Part shown: positions 1-8,811 of the stretch, piece by piece
Layout: the number at the start of each line of letters is the position of its first letter
Position numbering within the stretch: position 1 is the first letter of the stretch
Source: Verrucomicrobiota bacterium
GTDB lineage: Bacteria > Verrucomicrobiota > Verrucomicrobiia > Limisphaerales > CANJSG01
Direction: 5' to 3'
Length of the DNA: 64,000 nt
Assembly: GCA_038209745.1 (NCBI GenBank)
Contig: JBBQXJ010000001.1
Coordinates: forward strand, 30,096-94,095
Position numbers and translations under genes: made by a program
Notes under the pieces: model-generated
What the model saw: the letters and a program-made list of their open reading frames with translations, nothing else
Databases searched by the model: none
What the model was told of the DNA's origin: nothing

Positions 1-88
1 GGCGTGCCGAACTCCCGCGCGGCGTCCGCGCGGAGCGCCTCATGGTGATCCGGTCCGGTGTGTTGCTGTTGGCGATGGTCGAGCTTGT
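1..88 (-). CDS. possible anti-sigma factor, N-terminal fragment (continues past window start)
   Basis: ATG at 86-88 (minus) lies 6 nt downstream of the ECF sigma stop (95-97). It reads MNPNKLDHRQQQHTGPDHHEALRADAAREFG. The call rests only on the usual sigma/anti-sigma gene order. Confidence 0.3.
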
Positions 89-94
89 TCGGGT

Positions 95-643
95 TCATGC
101 GGTCTTGGCAAAGAGGTGGGCGAAGAGTTTGCGGGCTCGATGGAGTTTGCCCCGCACTGCGTCGGACGACTGCCCCGTCAGCTCGCCCACCGCGTCGTAG
201 GAAAGCTCCTCATCGGCCACGAGCAACAGCACCAGGCGATACTGCACGGGCAGCTGATCGAGCGTTCGCTGGATCCGCTCGCCCAGCTCGCGGGACTCGA
301 TGACGCGCAACGGACAGTCCGAGGGCGGGGCGGCGTGAGACTCGATGGTGTCGTCTTCGGCACCGTGGATGTTCCGGTGCGCCCAAGAACTACGGAGGTT
401 TTGACAATGGTTGATGGCGATCCGGTAGAGCCAGGTGCGCATCTGGGCGTCGCCCCGGAACGCGCCCAGGCCGCGCCACGCTTTCAGGAACACGTCATGG
501 GTCGCGTCCTGGGCCGTCGACTCGTCCGCCAGCAACCGCAGACAAAGGTAGTAGATGGAGCGCGAATGCTCCTCGTAGACCGTGGCCAGCTCCACCGGAA
601 GAGCGGCCACGGGCTCGGCGTCGATCTGTTGCACAGGTTCCAC
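95..643 (-). CDS. RNA polymerase ECF-type sigma-70 factor (GTG start)
   Basis: 182 aa. Region 2 reads THDVFLKAWRGLGAFRGDAQMRTWLYRIAINHC. Region 4 HTH reads LSYDAVGELTGQSSDAVRGKLHRARK. Confidence 0.9.
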   Translation of the reverse strand: MEPVQQIDAEPVAALPVELATVYEEHSRSIYYLCLRLLADESTAQDATHDVFLKAWRGLGAFRGDAQMRTWLYRIAINHCQNLRSSWAHRNIHGAEDDTIESHAAPPSDCPLRVIESRELGERIQRTLDQLPVQYRLVLLLVADEELSYDAVGELTGQSSDAVRGKLHRARKLFAHLFAKTA

Positions 644-777
644 AAGCAGTTCCGGGGAATCAATCCGTGATTGGACCGGGCCAAAGCCGGGACGTCACGC
701 GGGAAAGCGGAACGTGGAATGGGATCGCCCCACTTTTCGGCTCGCCGCCGGGATCCGCCACGCGATTGTTCCCGTGC

Positions 778-2223
778 ATGCACCCGACATTCTCCCTCTC
801 CGGTTTGCGCCGCCTCGGATCGCTGGGACTGATCGCTCTCCTGCCGGCCACTCTTCACGCGGGAATGCGCCCGAGCCTGAACCCGACGGCCTTGGATCGC
901 TACGTGGCCAAGGCGGATCCGGCTTTCGAATGGAAACTGGCCGCCACGCAGAACGGGAACGGCGGCTCAGTCTTCACCCTGAAGATGACTTCGCAGGAAT
1001 GGCTCACCACCAACGAAGTCGACCGCACGCGCTGGGAACATTGGCTCATCATCGCCAAACCGGAGAAGGTCACCCGCGACACCGCGCTTCTCTTCATTTC
1101 CGGCGGAGCAAACCGGGACGAGGCCGCGCCCGGCGCCTCGCGCGAAATCAGCACGATCGCCAAAGCCACGGGCTCCGTGGTGGCCGAGCTGAAGATGGTC
1201 CCGAACCAGCCGCTGGTCTTCGGGGGCGACGGCAAAGACCGAACCGAGGACGACCTCATCGCCTACACCTGGGACAAGTTCCTCCGCACCGGCGATGAAA
1301 AATGGCCCGCACGCCTGCCCATGACCAAGGCGGCCGTGCGCGCGATGGACGCGGTGACGGCGTTTCTGGGATCGGTAGAGGGCGGCAAGACGAAGATCGA
1401 CAAGTTCGTCGTGGCCGGCGCCTCGAAGCGTGGCTGGACGACCTGGACCACGGCGGCGGTGGACGACCGCGTCGTGGCCATCTGCCCCATCGTGATCGAC
1501 GCGCTGAACGTGGAGGAATCCATGAAGCACCACTTCCAGGCCTATGGATTCTTTGCCCCGGCGGTGGGCAACTACATCGAGCACGGGATCATGGACTGGA
1601 TCGGCACGCCTGAGTCCGCGGCGCTCTACGCCATCGAGGATCCGTTCCGTTATCGCGACCGGTTGACGATGCCCAAGCTCCTGATCAACGCCTGCGGCGA
1701 CCAGTTCTTCCTGCCCGACTCGTCCCGGTTCTACTTTGCCCAACTGACGGGACCGAAGTTCCTCCGCTACGTGCCGAACACGGACCATTCGCTGAAGAAC
1801 AGCGATGCCCTGGAGACGCTGACCGCATGGCATCATCTGATTCTCAGTGGCGGCAAATTCCCTGGATTCACCTGGCGGCATGGAGCGGATGGCTCGCTGA
1901 CCGTCACGGCCACCACCGCGCCCAAGCAGGTTCTGCTCTGGCAGGCGCACAACGATGCGGCGCGCGATTTTCGAATGGAGACGGTGGGTCCCATCTACCA
2001 GTCGTCGCAGGTGGAAAACAGCGGAAGCGGAAGCGCCGTCTATCGCGCCACAGTGCCGAAGCCGGCGAAAGGATGGACCGCCTACCTGATGGAAATGACC
2101 TTCGACGTGGGCGCGCCGGTTCCCCTGAAGCTCACGACCGATGTGCGGGTGATCCCGGACACCCTGCCCTACGCGATGCCGGACAAGCCGAAGCCAAAAG
2201 GCTTCATCACCGGACCGAAGTAG
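778..2223 (+). CDS. secreted PhoPQ-activated pathogenicity-related (PqaA-type) family protein, alpha/beta-hydrolase-like
   Basis: Internal ATG at 778 gives signal peptide MHPTFSLSGLRRLGSLGLIALLPATLHA. The GASKRGWTTWTTAAVDDRV block is typical of this family as I recall it. Confidence 0.7.
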   Translation: MHPTFSLSGLRRLGSLGLIALLPATLHAGMRPSLNPTALDRYVAKADPAFEWKLAATQNGNGGSVFTLKMTSQEWLTTNEVDRTRWEHWLIIAKPEKVTRDTALLFISGGANRDEAAPGASREISTIAKATGSVVAELKMVPNQPLVFGGDGKDRTEDDLIAYTWDKFLRTGDEKWPARLPMTKAAVRAMDAVTAFLGSVEGGKTKIDKFVVAGASKRGWTTWTTAAVDDRVVAICPIVIDALNVEESMKHHFQAYGFFAPAVGNYIEHGIMDWIGTPESAALYAIEDPFRYRDRLTMPKLLINACGDQFFLPDSSRFYFAQLTGPKFLRYVPNTDHSLKNSDALETLTAWHHLILSGGKFPGFTWRHGADGSLTVTATTAPKQVLLWQAHNDAARDFRMETVGPIYQSSQVENSGSGSAVYRATVPKPAKGWTAYLMEMTFDVGAPVPLKLTTDVRVIPDTLPYAMPDKPKPKGFITGPK

Positions 2224-2250
2224 CAGAAGAACTGCTTTCCGAACGGCGGT

Positions 2251-2682
2251 TCACTTCACCGGGAACCACTGGTAAAGGAAGAAGTAGACCAGCACGCCCG
2301 TCACGGAGACATACATCCAGAGCGGCCAAGTGATCTTGGCGATCTTCTTGTGCAGCTCGAAGCGTTGCTTGAAGGCGCGGTTCATGGTGACCAGCACCAG
2401 CGGCACGATCGCGATGGCGAGGATGATGTGGGAGATCAACATCACGTAGTAGAAGGTCCGGATGAACCCCTCTCCACCGAACGGCGTGTGGACCCCTTTC
2501 ACCAGAATCTTGTGCAGCACGTAGCACACGAGGAACACGCAGGAGACGGCGAAGGCCGTGATCATGCACTTGGCGTGGGCCTTCTTCTTTCCCTGCTTGA
2601 TCAAGACGAAGCCGATGATCAGGAGGATGCCGGCGATGGCGTTCAGCGTGGCGTTGATCGGCGGAAGAATGGAGGGATCCAT
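2251..2682 (-). CDS. DUF420 family membrane protein (oxidase-associated)
   Basis: 143 aa, 4 TM helices (MDPSILPPINATLNAIAGILLIIGFVLI...). ATG at 2680-2682 lies 2 nt after the sco1 stop. DUF420 typically accompanies SCO1 and cox genes. Confidence 0.8.
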   Translation of the reverse strand: MDPSILPPINATLNAIAGILLIIGFVLIKQGKKKAHAKCMITAFAVSCVFLVCYVLHKILVKGVHTPFGGEGFIRTFYYVMLISHIILAIAIVPLVLVTMNRAFKQRFELHKKIAKITWPLWMYVSVTGVLVYFFLYQWFPVK

Positions 2683-2684
2683 GG

Positions 2685-3308
2685 TCAATGTTCTTTCAGT
2701 AACCGCCGGACCGCACCGCGAAGTTCCTCTTTCTTCTCGGGAAGCGTGGCGTCGAACCACCCGCGAATCCGACCCTGTTGATCGACGAGGACACAATAAG
2801 GACCGTGAAGGAAAAGGTCGTTCGGATCGACGCGGTGGGTCTCCGCGTTGTCCGTCATGAGGAACTTGAGCCCATTGACCCCAAGCTCCTGCACGTCGCT
2901 CTTCAGACCCGTCAGTAGCCACCAGCGGTCCGCGTTTGCCGAATACTTGTCGCCGTGTTTCTTCAGGACTTCCGGAGTGTCGTGTTCGGTATCCGCCGTA
3001 AGGGAAACCAGCCGGAAGTCGGGTTCGACGGCAAACTCCCGCTGCAGATCGCGAAAGTGCGCGGACAGGGTCGGACAGAGCGAAGGACATCGGGTAAAGA
3101 TGGCGTTTGCGACCCAGACTTTGCCGGACAGCTGTTCCGATCCGACCACGAGCCCAAGCTGGTTGGTCAGATGGAACGCGGGCACTTGTCCGAAGATGCC
3201 CGGCACGGGTGCCCGGCCACTACGCTCGCGGACGAAGACGACGGCGATGACCACGGTCACGCCGATGAGGACGCTCCAGGTGATCCATTCATGGCTGCGT
3301 TGTCGCAC
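2685..3308 (-). CDS. SCO1/SenC family copper chaperone (thioredoxin fold)
   Basis: CPSLCPTL (CxxxC) Cu-binding motif and an N-terminal TM anchor. I place the start at GTG 3308, because the TTG 3350 start of the ORF track lies inside the terminator hairpin 3332-3359. Confidence 0.85.
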   Translation of the reverse strand: MRQRSHEWITWSVLIGVTVVIAVVFVRERSGRAPVPGIFGQVPAFHLTNQLGLVVGSEQLSGKVWVANAIFTRCPSLCPTLSAHFRDLQREFAVEPDFRLVSLTADTEHDTPEVLKKHGDKYSANADRWWLLTGLKSDVQELGVNGLKFLMTDNAETHRVDPNDLFLHGPYCVLVDQQGRIRGWFDATLPEKKEELRGAVRRLLKEH

Positions 3309-3331
3309 GTTCAAAGAGTCGCAGGGTGGAA

Positions 3332-3359
3332 CAAAAAACCCGAGGCGCAAGGCCCCGGG
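3332..3359 (-). terminator. rho-independent terminator after cytochrome oxidase subunit II
   Basis: Minus strand reads CCCGGGG-CCTTGCG-CCTCGGG followed by TTTTTTG: a 7-bp stem (one G-U), a 7-nt loop and a T6 tract, 32 nt after the ctaC stop. Confidence 0.75.
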
Positions 3360-3390
3360 TGGAACGGCTCATAAATGGGCCGGAACGCGG

Positions 3391-4161
3391 TCACTCGAAA
3401 CCGCCCGCCCCGCCGCCACCGGCGGTCGACGCTTGTTCTGAGAACCACTTGTCGTAGTCCGCCTGGGTCTTGACCGTGATGGTGCCGCGCATCAAGGCAT
3501 GGCCTTGGCCACAGAGCTGGGCGCAGGTCAGTAGATAGGTCCCCGTTTTGATCGGTTTGAAGCTGTTGGGAATCATGATGCCGGGGATCGCGTCCTGTTG
3601 GGAGCGCATGGCATGCACCGCGAAGCCGTGGATGACGTCCATCGACGTGACATAGAAGATCGCGTCCTTGTTGACCGGAATCACGATGTCATTGAACTTC
3701 ATGAAGTCGTCCTTGCCCGTCGGATCGGCTGGATCCAAGCCCAGCTTGTTGTCCGCGCTGATGAACTTGATGTCGGAAGCGCCGAACTTGCCGTCAGCTC
3801 CCGGATAGCGGGCATTCCAGCCGAACTGTTGGGCAATGATCCGGATCACTGTGGAATTGGCTTCAGGCGGGAAATCCTTCGCCGCCCGGGCCCAGAGCGG
3901 GATCGCGAACCCGATGAGCAGCACGGCTTCGATGACGGCCACAACGCCTTCCAAATAGGTGGACATGTGGCTCTTAACCCCGACGTAGTCCGCGCGCGGA
4001 TTCCGGCCGGCGCGGAAGCGATATAGACTGAAAAGGAAATAAGCCAACCAGCCAACGAACAACGCGGCCATCAGCAGATGGACGTAGAGGATAAATTGGT
4101 CGGTGCTGGCCCCGTGCGCCGAGGCGTGGGACGCCATCCCGGGGAAATGATACGTTTCCAT
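3391..4161 (-). CDS. ctaC: cytochrome c oxidase subunit II (CuA, no fused cytochrome c domain)
   Basis: Two N-terminal TM helices. CuA site is DVIHGF...CAQLCGQGHALM (H, CxxxCxxxHxxM). No CxxCH motif. Confidence 0.9.
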   Translation of the reverse strand: METYHFPGMASHASAHGASTDQFILYVHLLMAALFVGWLAYFLFSLYRFRAGRNPRADYVGVKSHMSTYLEGVVAVIEAVLLIGFAIPLWARAAKDFPPEANSTVIRIIAQQFGWNARYPGADGKFGASDIKFISADNKLGLDPADPTGKDDFMKFNDIVIPVNKDAIFYVTSMDVIHGFAVHAMRSQQDAIPGIMIPNSFKPIKTGTYLLTCAQLCGQGHALMRGTITVKTQADYDKWFSEQASTAGGGGAGGFE

Positions 4162-4163
4162 GC

Positions 4164-4439
4164 TTAGTCGTTGTCTGTCAGAGATTCATCAGAGGCGTCG
4201 TCCAGTGCCTGGCGCGCTTCGAGCGCAGCCGTGCGCTTGGCGACGTATACAAAGAAGGAGACCAAGCCGCCCAAGACCAACCCGATCACGGCCATAAGGG
4301 ACAGGATCCCCATGTTCATCCCCTCGGCCATCTTGGAGTCGCTCCTGCCGAAACAGGCGGCGCAGGCCCAAGTATTGGGAGATGCCACCAGCAACAGAGC
4401 AGCGGCGGCCACAAAACCGGAACGAAAACGGTTCTTCAT
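4164..4439 (-). CDS. small membrane protein with signal-like N-terminus, CAAC motif and C-terminal TM helix
   Basis: 91 aa (MKNRFRSGFVAAAALLLVASPNTWACAACFGRSD...GILSLMAVIGLVLGGLVSFFVYV). The ATG overlaps the upstream stop (ATGA, 4436-4439), and its own stop lies 2 nt before the ctaC ATG. Confidence 0.5.
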   Translation of the reverse strand: MKNRFRSGFVAAAALLLVASPNTWACAACFGRSDSKMAEGMNMGILSLMAVIGLVLGGLVSFFVYVAKRTAALEARQALDDASDESLTDND

Positions 4440-4642
4440 AAGTAGCTGATGTTTTTGAGTTTCTTGAACACGAGCCGCCCATAGACGACCAATGCCACGG
4501 CGCAAACCGCCGAGCCGATGCCCAACGCGAGATCGGTCCGATCCTTGGACTCGCCCCACGCTTGGAGGAACCAAACGGCGAGCCAAGCAGTCAGGGCGAC
4601 CGAGGCGGTGACGAACACGAGGTGGAGGGCTTTCAGGGACAT
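4436..4642 (-). CDS. small two-TM membrane protein
   Basis: 68 aa (MSLKALHLVFVTASVALTAWLAVWFLQAW...GIGSAVCAVALVVYGRLVF). Strongly G/C-ending codons, 10 nt after the coxIV stop. Confidence 0.5.
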   Translation of the reverse strand: MSLKALHLVFVTASVALTAWLAVWFLQAWGESKDRTDLALGIGSAVCAVALVVYGRLVFKKLKNISYL

Positions 4643-4652
4643 GGAGCGTTCC

Positions 4653-5069
4653 TCAATGGTGGGCGGGAGCGACAGCCGCAGCGTGGGCCGCTCCTCCCGT
4701 GGTTGAATGTTGGTTCAATCCGCCGCCGATCAGACTGCTGCCGGTCATGGACCAGATGGTGATGAAGCTGAGGGCCACAAAAAAGAAGATCGTAACCACC
4801 ATGACGGAGTAGATGAGCTTTTTTTCCGAGATGAGATGCATGAACCATCCGGCGACCAAAGTTCCCTTGACGGAGGCGATGGCAAGGCCGATGGCGATGT
4901 TCTTCCAGTGCTCCCCGAAATCGATATAGGAGATCGCCACGGTCAGAATCGTGCCGAGGATCAGCATGGCGAAAATGAGCATATAGACCTTGATGTGGGC
5001 CTTGATATGCTCGATTTCGTGCGGGTCGTGCCCGTCTTCGGCGTGGGCGTCGGATGCGTGTTCGGCCAT
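4653..5069 (-). CDS. ctaF: cytochrome c oxidase subunit IV family protein (prokaryotic)
   Basis: 138 aa starting at ATG 5069. His-rich N-terminus, then 3 TM helices (YMLIFAMLILGTILTVAISY, IAIGLAIASVKGTLVAGWFMHL, SVMVVTIFFFVALSFITIW). Confidence 0.75.
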   Translation of the reverse strand: MAEHASDAHAEDGHDPHEIEHIKAHIKVYMLIFAMLILGTILTVAISYIDFGEHWKNIAIGLAIASVKGTLVAGWFMHLISEKKLIYSVMVVTIFFFVALSFITIWSMTGSSLIGGGLNQHSTTGGAAHAAAVAPAHH

Positions 5070-5082
5070 AAACAGTTTTCGT

Positions 5083-5931
5083 TTACAGGAGGTAGAGGAC
5101 CGGGAAGAGGAAGATCCAGACAAGATCGACGAAATGCCAGAAGAGGCCGCAGACCTCCACTCGGTTGGTGAAGCGTTCGGGATTCGTCTTCCACATGCGG
5201 GAGCCGGGCAGCCAGAGATAGCCGATGACCAGTGCGCCCCCCACGACATGCAACGCGTGCAGACCGGTCATGGTGAAATAAATCGCAAAGTAGGTGCTCT
5301 GCTGGGGGCCCCAGAAGGTCAGTCTCTTGATGTCCGACATCTTGATCTTCTCGGGTTCATGGGAGGCATGGGCCTCGTCTCCGGATCCATGCTCCGCCGA
5401 AGCCTCGGCGTGCCCCTTCTGCGGGTCCTTGAGAAAGGTGATCTCCTCGACCTTGGCTTGGCGCAGTTTCCGGTCGGTCATGAAATACTGCTTCGGCTCG
5501 AGATGGCCGGTGAAGGCCGTGCCGTCTTTCAGGACGAGATGGTAGTGGGAGAACTTGGCGGCGTATTCGGCGGACTTGATGCCGCAGAAAAGGATCGCGC
5601 AGGCGACCGTGATTCCTTGGTACATGAAGAACTTGTTGAAATTCTTCATTTTCAGCGACGCCCACGCCATGACAACGGTGACGGATGAAACGATCAGGAC
5701 CAAGGTATTGATCGCGCCCATTGGAACGTTGAGCAGTCCGTCCGAGTGGCTCGGCCACGCGGCCAACGCCGGCCAGACCAGCTTGGGATCCGCGCCCACC
5801 CGCAAGAGGATGTAGGACGAGAACAGCGCTCCGAACAGCATGATTTCGGAGGCCAGAAACAGCCAGATGCCGACCTTGGCGTTGTAGAGCCCTGTATCGG
5901 GACGGGGTTTCGTTGTATAGGGGATGTCCAT
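5083..5931 (-). CDS. ctaE: cytochrome c oxidase subunit III (5-TM type, with large loop insertion)
   Basis: GIWLFLASEIMLFGALFSSY, ...TGLHALHVVGG... and CGLFWHFVDLVWIFLFPVLY are classic subunit III blocks. Confidence 0.85.
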   Translation of the reverse strand: MDIPYTTKPRPDTGLYNAKVGIWLFLASEIMLFGALFSSYILLRVGADPKLVWPALAAWPSHSDGLLNVPMGAINTLVLIVSSVTVVMAWASLKMKNFNKFFMYQGITVACAILFCGIKSAEYAAKFSHYHLVLKDGTAFTGHLEPKQYFMTDRKLRQAKVEEITFLKDPQKGHAEASAEHGSGDEAHASHEPEKIKMSDIKRLTFWGPQQSTYFAIYFTMTGLHALHVVGGALVIGYLWLPGSRMWKTNPERFTNRVEVCGLFWHFVDLVWIFLFPVLYLL

Positions 5932-5940
5932 GACGGGAGC

Positions 5941-7797
5941 TTAAGCGTGGGACTTCTTGGATTCGCGTTCGGGGCTCAAGGGAGCGTTCTGGGGCGTGAA
6001 GTCGGTCTTCGCACCCGGCACACTGTATTCATACGGCCCTCGGACCACGGTGGGAACAACGGCGAAGTTTCCGTGCGGCGGCGGAGTCGGCGTCGCCCAT
6101 TCAAGCGTGGTGGCGTCCCAAGGATTGTCGGAGGTGATCTTCTCTCCCTTCCGCATGCTGATGACGAGATTCAGGATGAAGGGGATCTGGGCGATGGCCA
6201 AACACACGGCGGCCCACGAGATGTGCTCGTTGAGCTTGATGATGCCTTCGGAGAGCGCGTCGGGGAAACCTTGGTTCACTGGATTGGCGGCGGCGTAGGT
6301 CGCACCGCCGTCGGACATGCGACGATGCATTCCGGCGAGGCCCTGCAGGAACATCGGCGCGAAGATGGCGTTCATGAAGATGAACGACAGCCAGAAGTGG
6401 GTCTTGCCCCAGAACACGTTCATCTGTCTCCCCGTCATCTTGGGATACCAATGATATATTCCAGCAAAGAGACCGAAGATCGTTCCCGGAGCCACCACGT
6501 AGTGGAAGTGGGCGATGATGTAGTAGGTGTCGTGGAGCTGGATGTCGGAGGCGTTGAAGCCGAGCGGGAGACCGGTCAAACCGCCGATGCCGAACATCAC
6601 CATGAACGCCAAGGCGAAGTGCATCGGGACGTTGAATCGGATCGAGCCACCCCAAAGCGATATGAACAGGCACGTCAGAATGATCACCGAGGGGATCGAG
6701 ATCATCATCGTGGTGGTCTGGAAGAACGTGGAGATCTTCGTGCCCATGCCCGTGAGATACATGTGATGGGCCCAGACGATGAAAGAAAGGAAACCGATGC
6801 CGAGAACGGCATAGACCATCGAGCGGTAGCCCCAGATCGGCTTGCGGGTGTTGTTCGCCACGATCTCCGTCACAATCCCGATCGCGGGCAGGATCAACAC
6901 ATAGACCTCGGGGTGGCCCAGGAACCAAAAGAGATGCTGCCAAAGCAGCGGGCTGCCGCCGCCGCTGACATCCAGCGGATTACCAGAAACAACCAAGCCG
7001 GAGGGTAGGAAGAAACTGGTGTGGAAGAAATTATCCATCAACTGGAGGACGCTGGCCGCCTCCAAGGGCGGAAACGCGAGCAACAGCAGGAAGGCCGTCA
7101 CGAACTGGGCCCAGGTGAAGAAGGGCAACCGCATCCAGGTCATCCCCTTGGCGCGAAGCTGGATGATCGTGGTGATGAAGTTGACCGCGCCGAGAAGCGA
7201 CGCGGTGATGTTGAACACCATTCCGATCAACCAGAAAGTCTGGCCGTTCCATTGGTGGTTGAGGTCGTTGACCGAGGCCAGGGGCGAATACGACGTCCAA
7301 CCGGACTTGGCCGCACCCGCCGGAGTGAAGAAACTGGCGAACATGATCAAGCCGCTCAGGAGGAAGATCCAATAGCTCGCCATGTTGAGCCTGGGAAAGG
7401 CCATGTCGGGCGCGCCAATCTGGAGCGGCGTCACGTAGTTGCCGAAGGCGCCGAAGGCCAAGGGCACGACCGCGAGGAACACCATGATCGTCCCGTGCAT
7501 CGCCCCGAAAGAGTTGTAGAGATCCGGCGAGATGATGCCGCCCTGGGCCAGATCCGTGCCGAACACAGTCTGGAAGAACGCCCCTACAATCGGGACGGCC
7601 TTGCCTGGATAGGCGATCTGCCACCGCATGGCCAGCATCAGGAAGAATCCGAGCAGCATGAAGACCAGGGCGGTCAATCCGTATTGGATGCCGATGATCT
7701 TGTGATCGGTGGAGAAGATGTATTTGCGCCAGAAACCCAACTCTTCGTGATGATGGGCTTCGTGCGCCTCATGAGAGTGAGCAGCTTGATGTGCCAT
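5941..7797 (-). CDS. ctaD: cytochrome c oxidase subunit I
   Basis: STDHKIIGIQY, WFLGHPEVYVLILP and IVWAHHMY motifs. ATG at 7795-7797 chosen (MAHQAAHSHEAH...). Confidence 0.95.
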   Translation of the reverse strand: MAHQAAHSHEAHEAHHHEELGFWRKYIFSTDHKIIGIQYGLTALVFMLLGFFLMLAMRWQIAYPGKAVPIVGAFFQTVFGTDLAQGGIISPDLYNSFGAMHGTIMVFLAVVPLAFGAFGNYVTPLQIGAPDMAFPRLNMASYWIFLLSGLIMFASFFTPAGAAKSGWTSYSPLASVNDLNHQWNGQTFWLIGMVFNITASLLGAVNFITTIIQLRAKGMTWMRLPFFTWAQFVTAFLLLLAFPPLEAASVLQLMDNFFHTSFFLPSGLVVSGNPLDVSGGGSPLLWQHLFWFLGHPEVYVLILPAIGIVTEIVANNTRKPIWGYRSMVYAVLGIGFLSFIVWAHHMYLTGMGTKISTFFQTTTMMISIPSVIILTCLFISLWGGSIRFNVPMHFALAFMVMFGIGGLTGLPLGFNASDIQLHDTYYIIAHFHYVVAPGTIFGLFAGIYHWYPKMTGRQMNVFWGKTHFWLSFIFMNAIFAPMFLQGLAGMHRRMSDGGATYAAANPVNQGFPDALSEGIIKLNEHISWAAVCLAIAQIPFILNLVISMRKGEKITSDNPWDATTLEWATPTPPPHGNFAVVPTVVRGPYEYSVPGAKTDFTPQNAPLSPERESKKSHA

Positions 7798-7905
7798 AAC
7801 TTGTTTCCGTTGCGGATCTGAAAAAACGAATTTGTTCACTGAGGGCGGCTGTCTCTGCAAGAGAACTCACTCGGAGCCCCGCAGAATTCAGCAGCCGTTA
7901 TCGGG

Positions 7906-8811
7906 TCACGGTTTGATCTTATCGACCACCATCAACACCAGAAGGATCGGGAGATACAGAATTGACGCGAAAAACAAGCCGCGGGCGGCTCCGCTCGAAA
8001 GCTGCCGTGCGAAACGAACCGCGGCCCACAGCATGGCGCCTCCAGCCAGAAGAGCTCCCACCAAGTAAAGCGGGCCAACCAGCTTCAACGCCACCGGCGC
8101 CAAGCTCACCGGGATGAGGCCAAGCGTGTGGCTAACGGCTTGGGATCCAGTTTTGCGACCGGAAGCGTCCAATACAGGGAGCATTGCGTAGCCGGCCTTA
8201 CGGTAGTCGTCGCGATACAACCAGGCGATCGCAAGAAAATGGGGCAGTTGCCAGAAAAACAAGATCGCAAAGAGCGACCAGCCGCCGGCCGAAATCTGGT
8301 CGGTGGCCGCAGCCCAACCCATCAGAGGGGGCAGCGCGCCGGGAATCGCCCCGATGGCGGTGTTCAGCGTAGTGACGCGTTTGAGGGGAGTGTAGACGAA
8401 CAGATAGGTCAGCAGGGTGGTGGCACCAAGGAGAGCCGTCAGCGAATTGACCAACGTCGCCAAAATCGCCAACCCACCCACCGACATGGCAGCCCCTAGA
8501 AGGAGAACTGTTCCAGGCTGAAGTTCACCCGAAGGCAAAGGGCGGGAAGACGTCCGGTCCATCCGCGCATCGTGGTTCCGTTCGATGTATTGGTTGAGCG
8601 CCGACGCTCCTGAGGCGACCAGTGCGGTGCCGATCAGCGTTGCGGCGAGAACGTCCCAGCGGGCAGCACCGCTCGTGCCCAGATAGAACCCGACGACAGT
8701 GGTCAACACGACCAAAAAGGTCAGGCGGGCCTTGAACAAATCAGCCAAGATCGCCGCCATTCCCCGTTGTATCGGAGCGGCAACCAAAATGGTGGGCGCG
8801 GAGACTTTCAT
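7906..8811 (-). CDS. ctaB: protoheme IX farnesyltransferase (heme O synthase)
   Basis: 301-aa polytopic UbiA-family protein (NQYIERNHDARMDRTSSRPLPSG). Its ATG overlaps the ctaA stop (ATGA at 8808-8811). Confidence 0.9.
   Translation of the reverse strand: MKVSAPTILVAAPIQRGMAAILADLFKARLTFLVVLTTVVGFYLGTSGAARWDVLAATLIGTALVASGASALNQYIERNHDARMDRTSSRPLPSGELQPGTVLLLGAAMSVGGLAILATLVNSLTALLGATTLLTYLFVYTPLKRVTTLNTAIGAIPGALPPLMGWAAATDQISAGGWSLFAILFFWQLPHFLAIAWLYRDDYRKAGYAMLPVLDASGRKTGSQAVSHTLGLIPVSLAPVALKLVGPLYLVGALLAGGAMLWAAVRFARQLSSGAARGLFFASILYLPILLVLMVVDKIKP

Noticed and set aside
709-734. A GGAAC pentamer (709-713) upstream of the PqaA-like gene, as a possible ECF -35 element for the divergent ECF sigma factor.
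   Set aside because: No convincing CGT/GTC-type -10 element lies at 16-17 nt spacing (the sequence there is CCACTTTT). A single pentamer is expected by chance.
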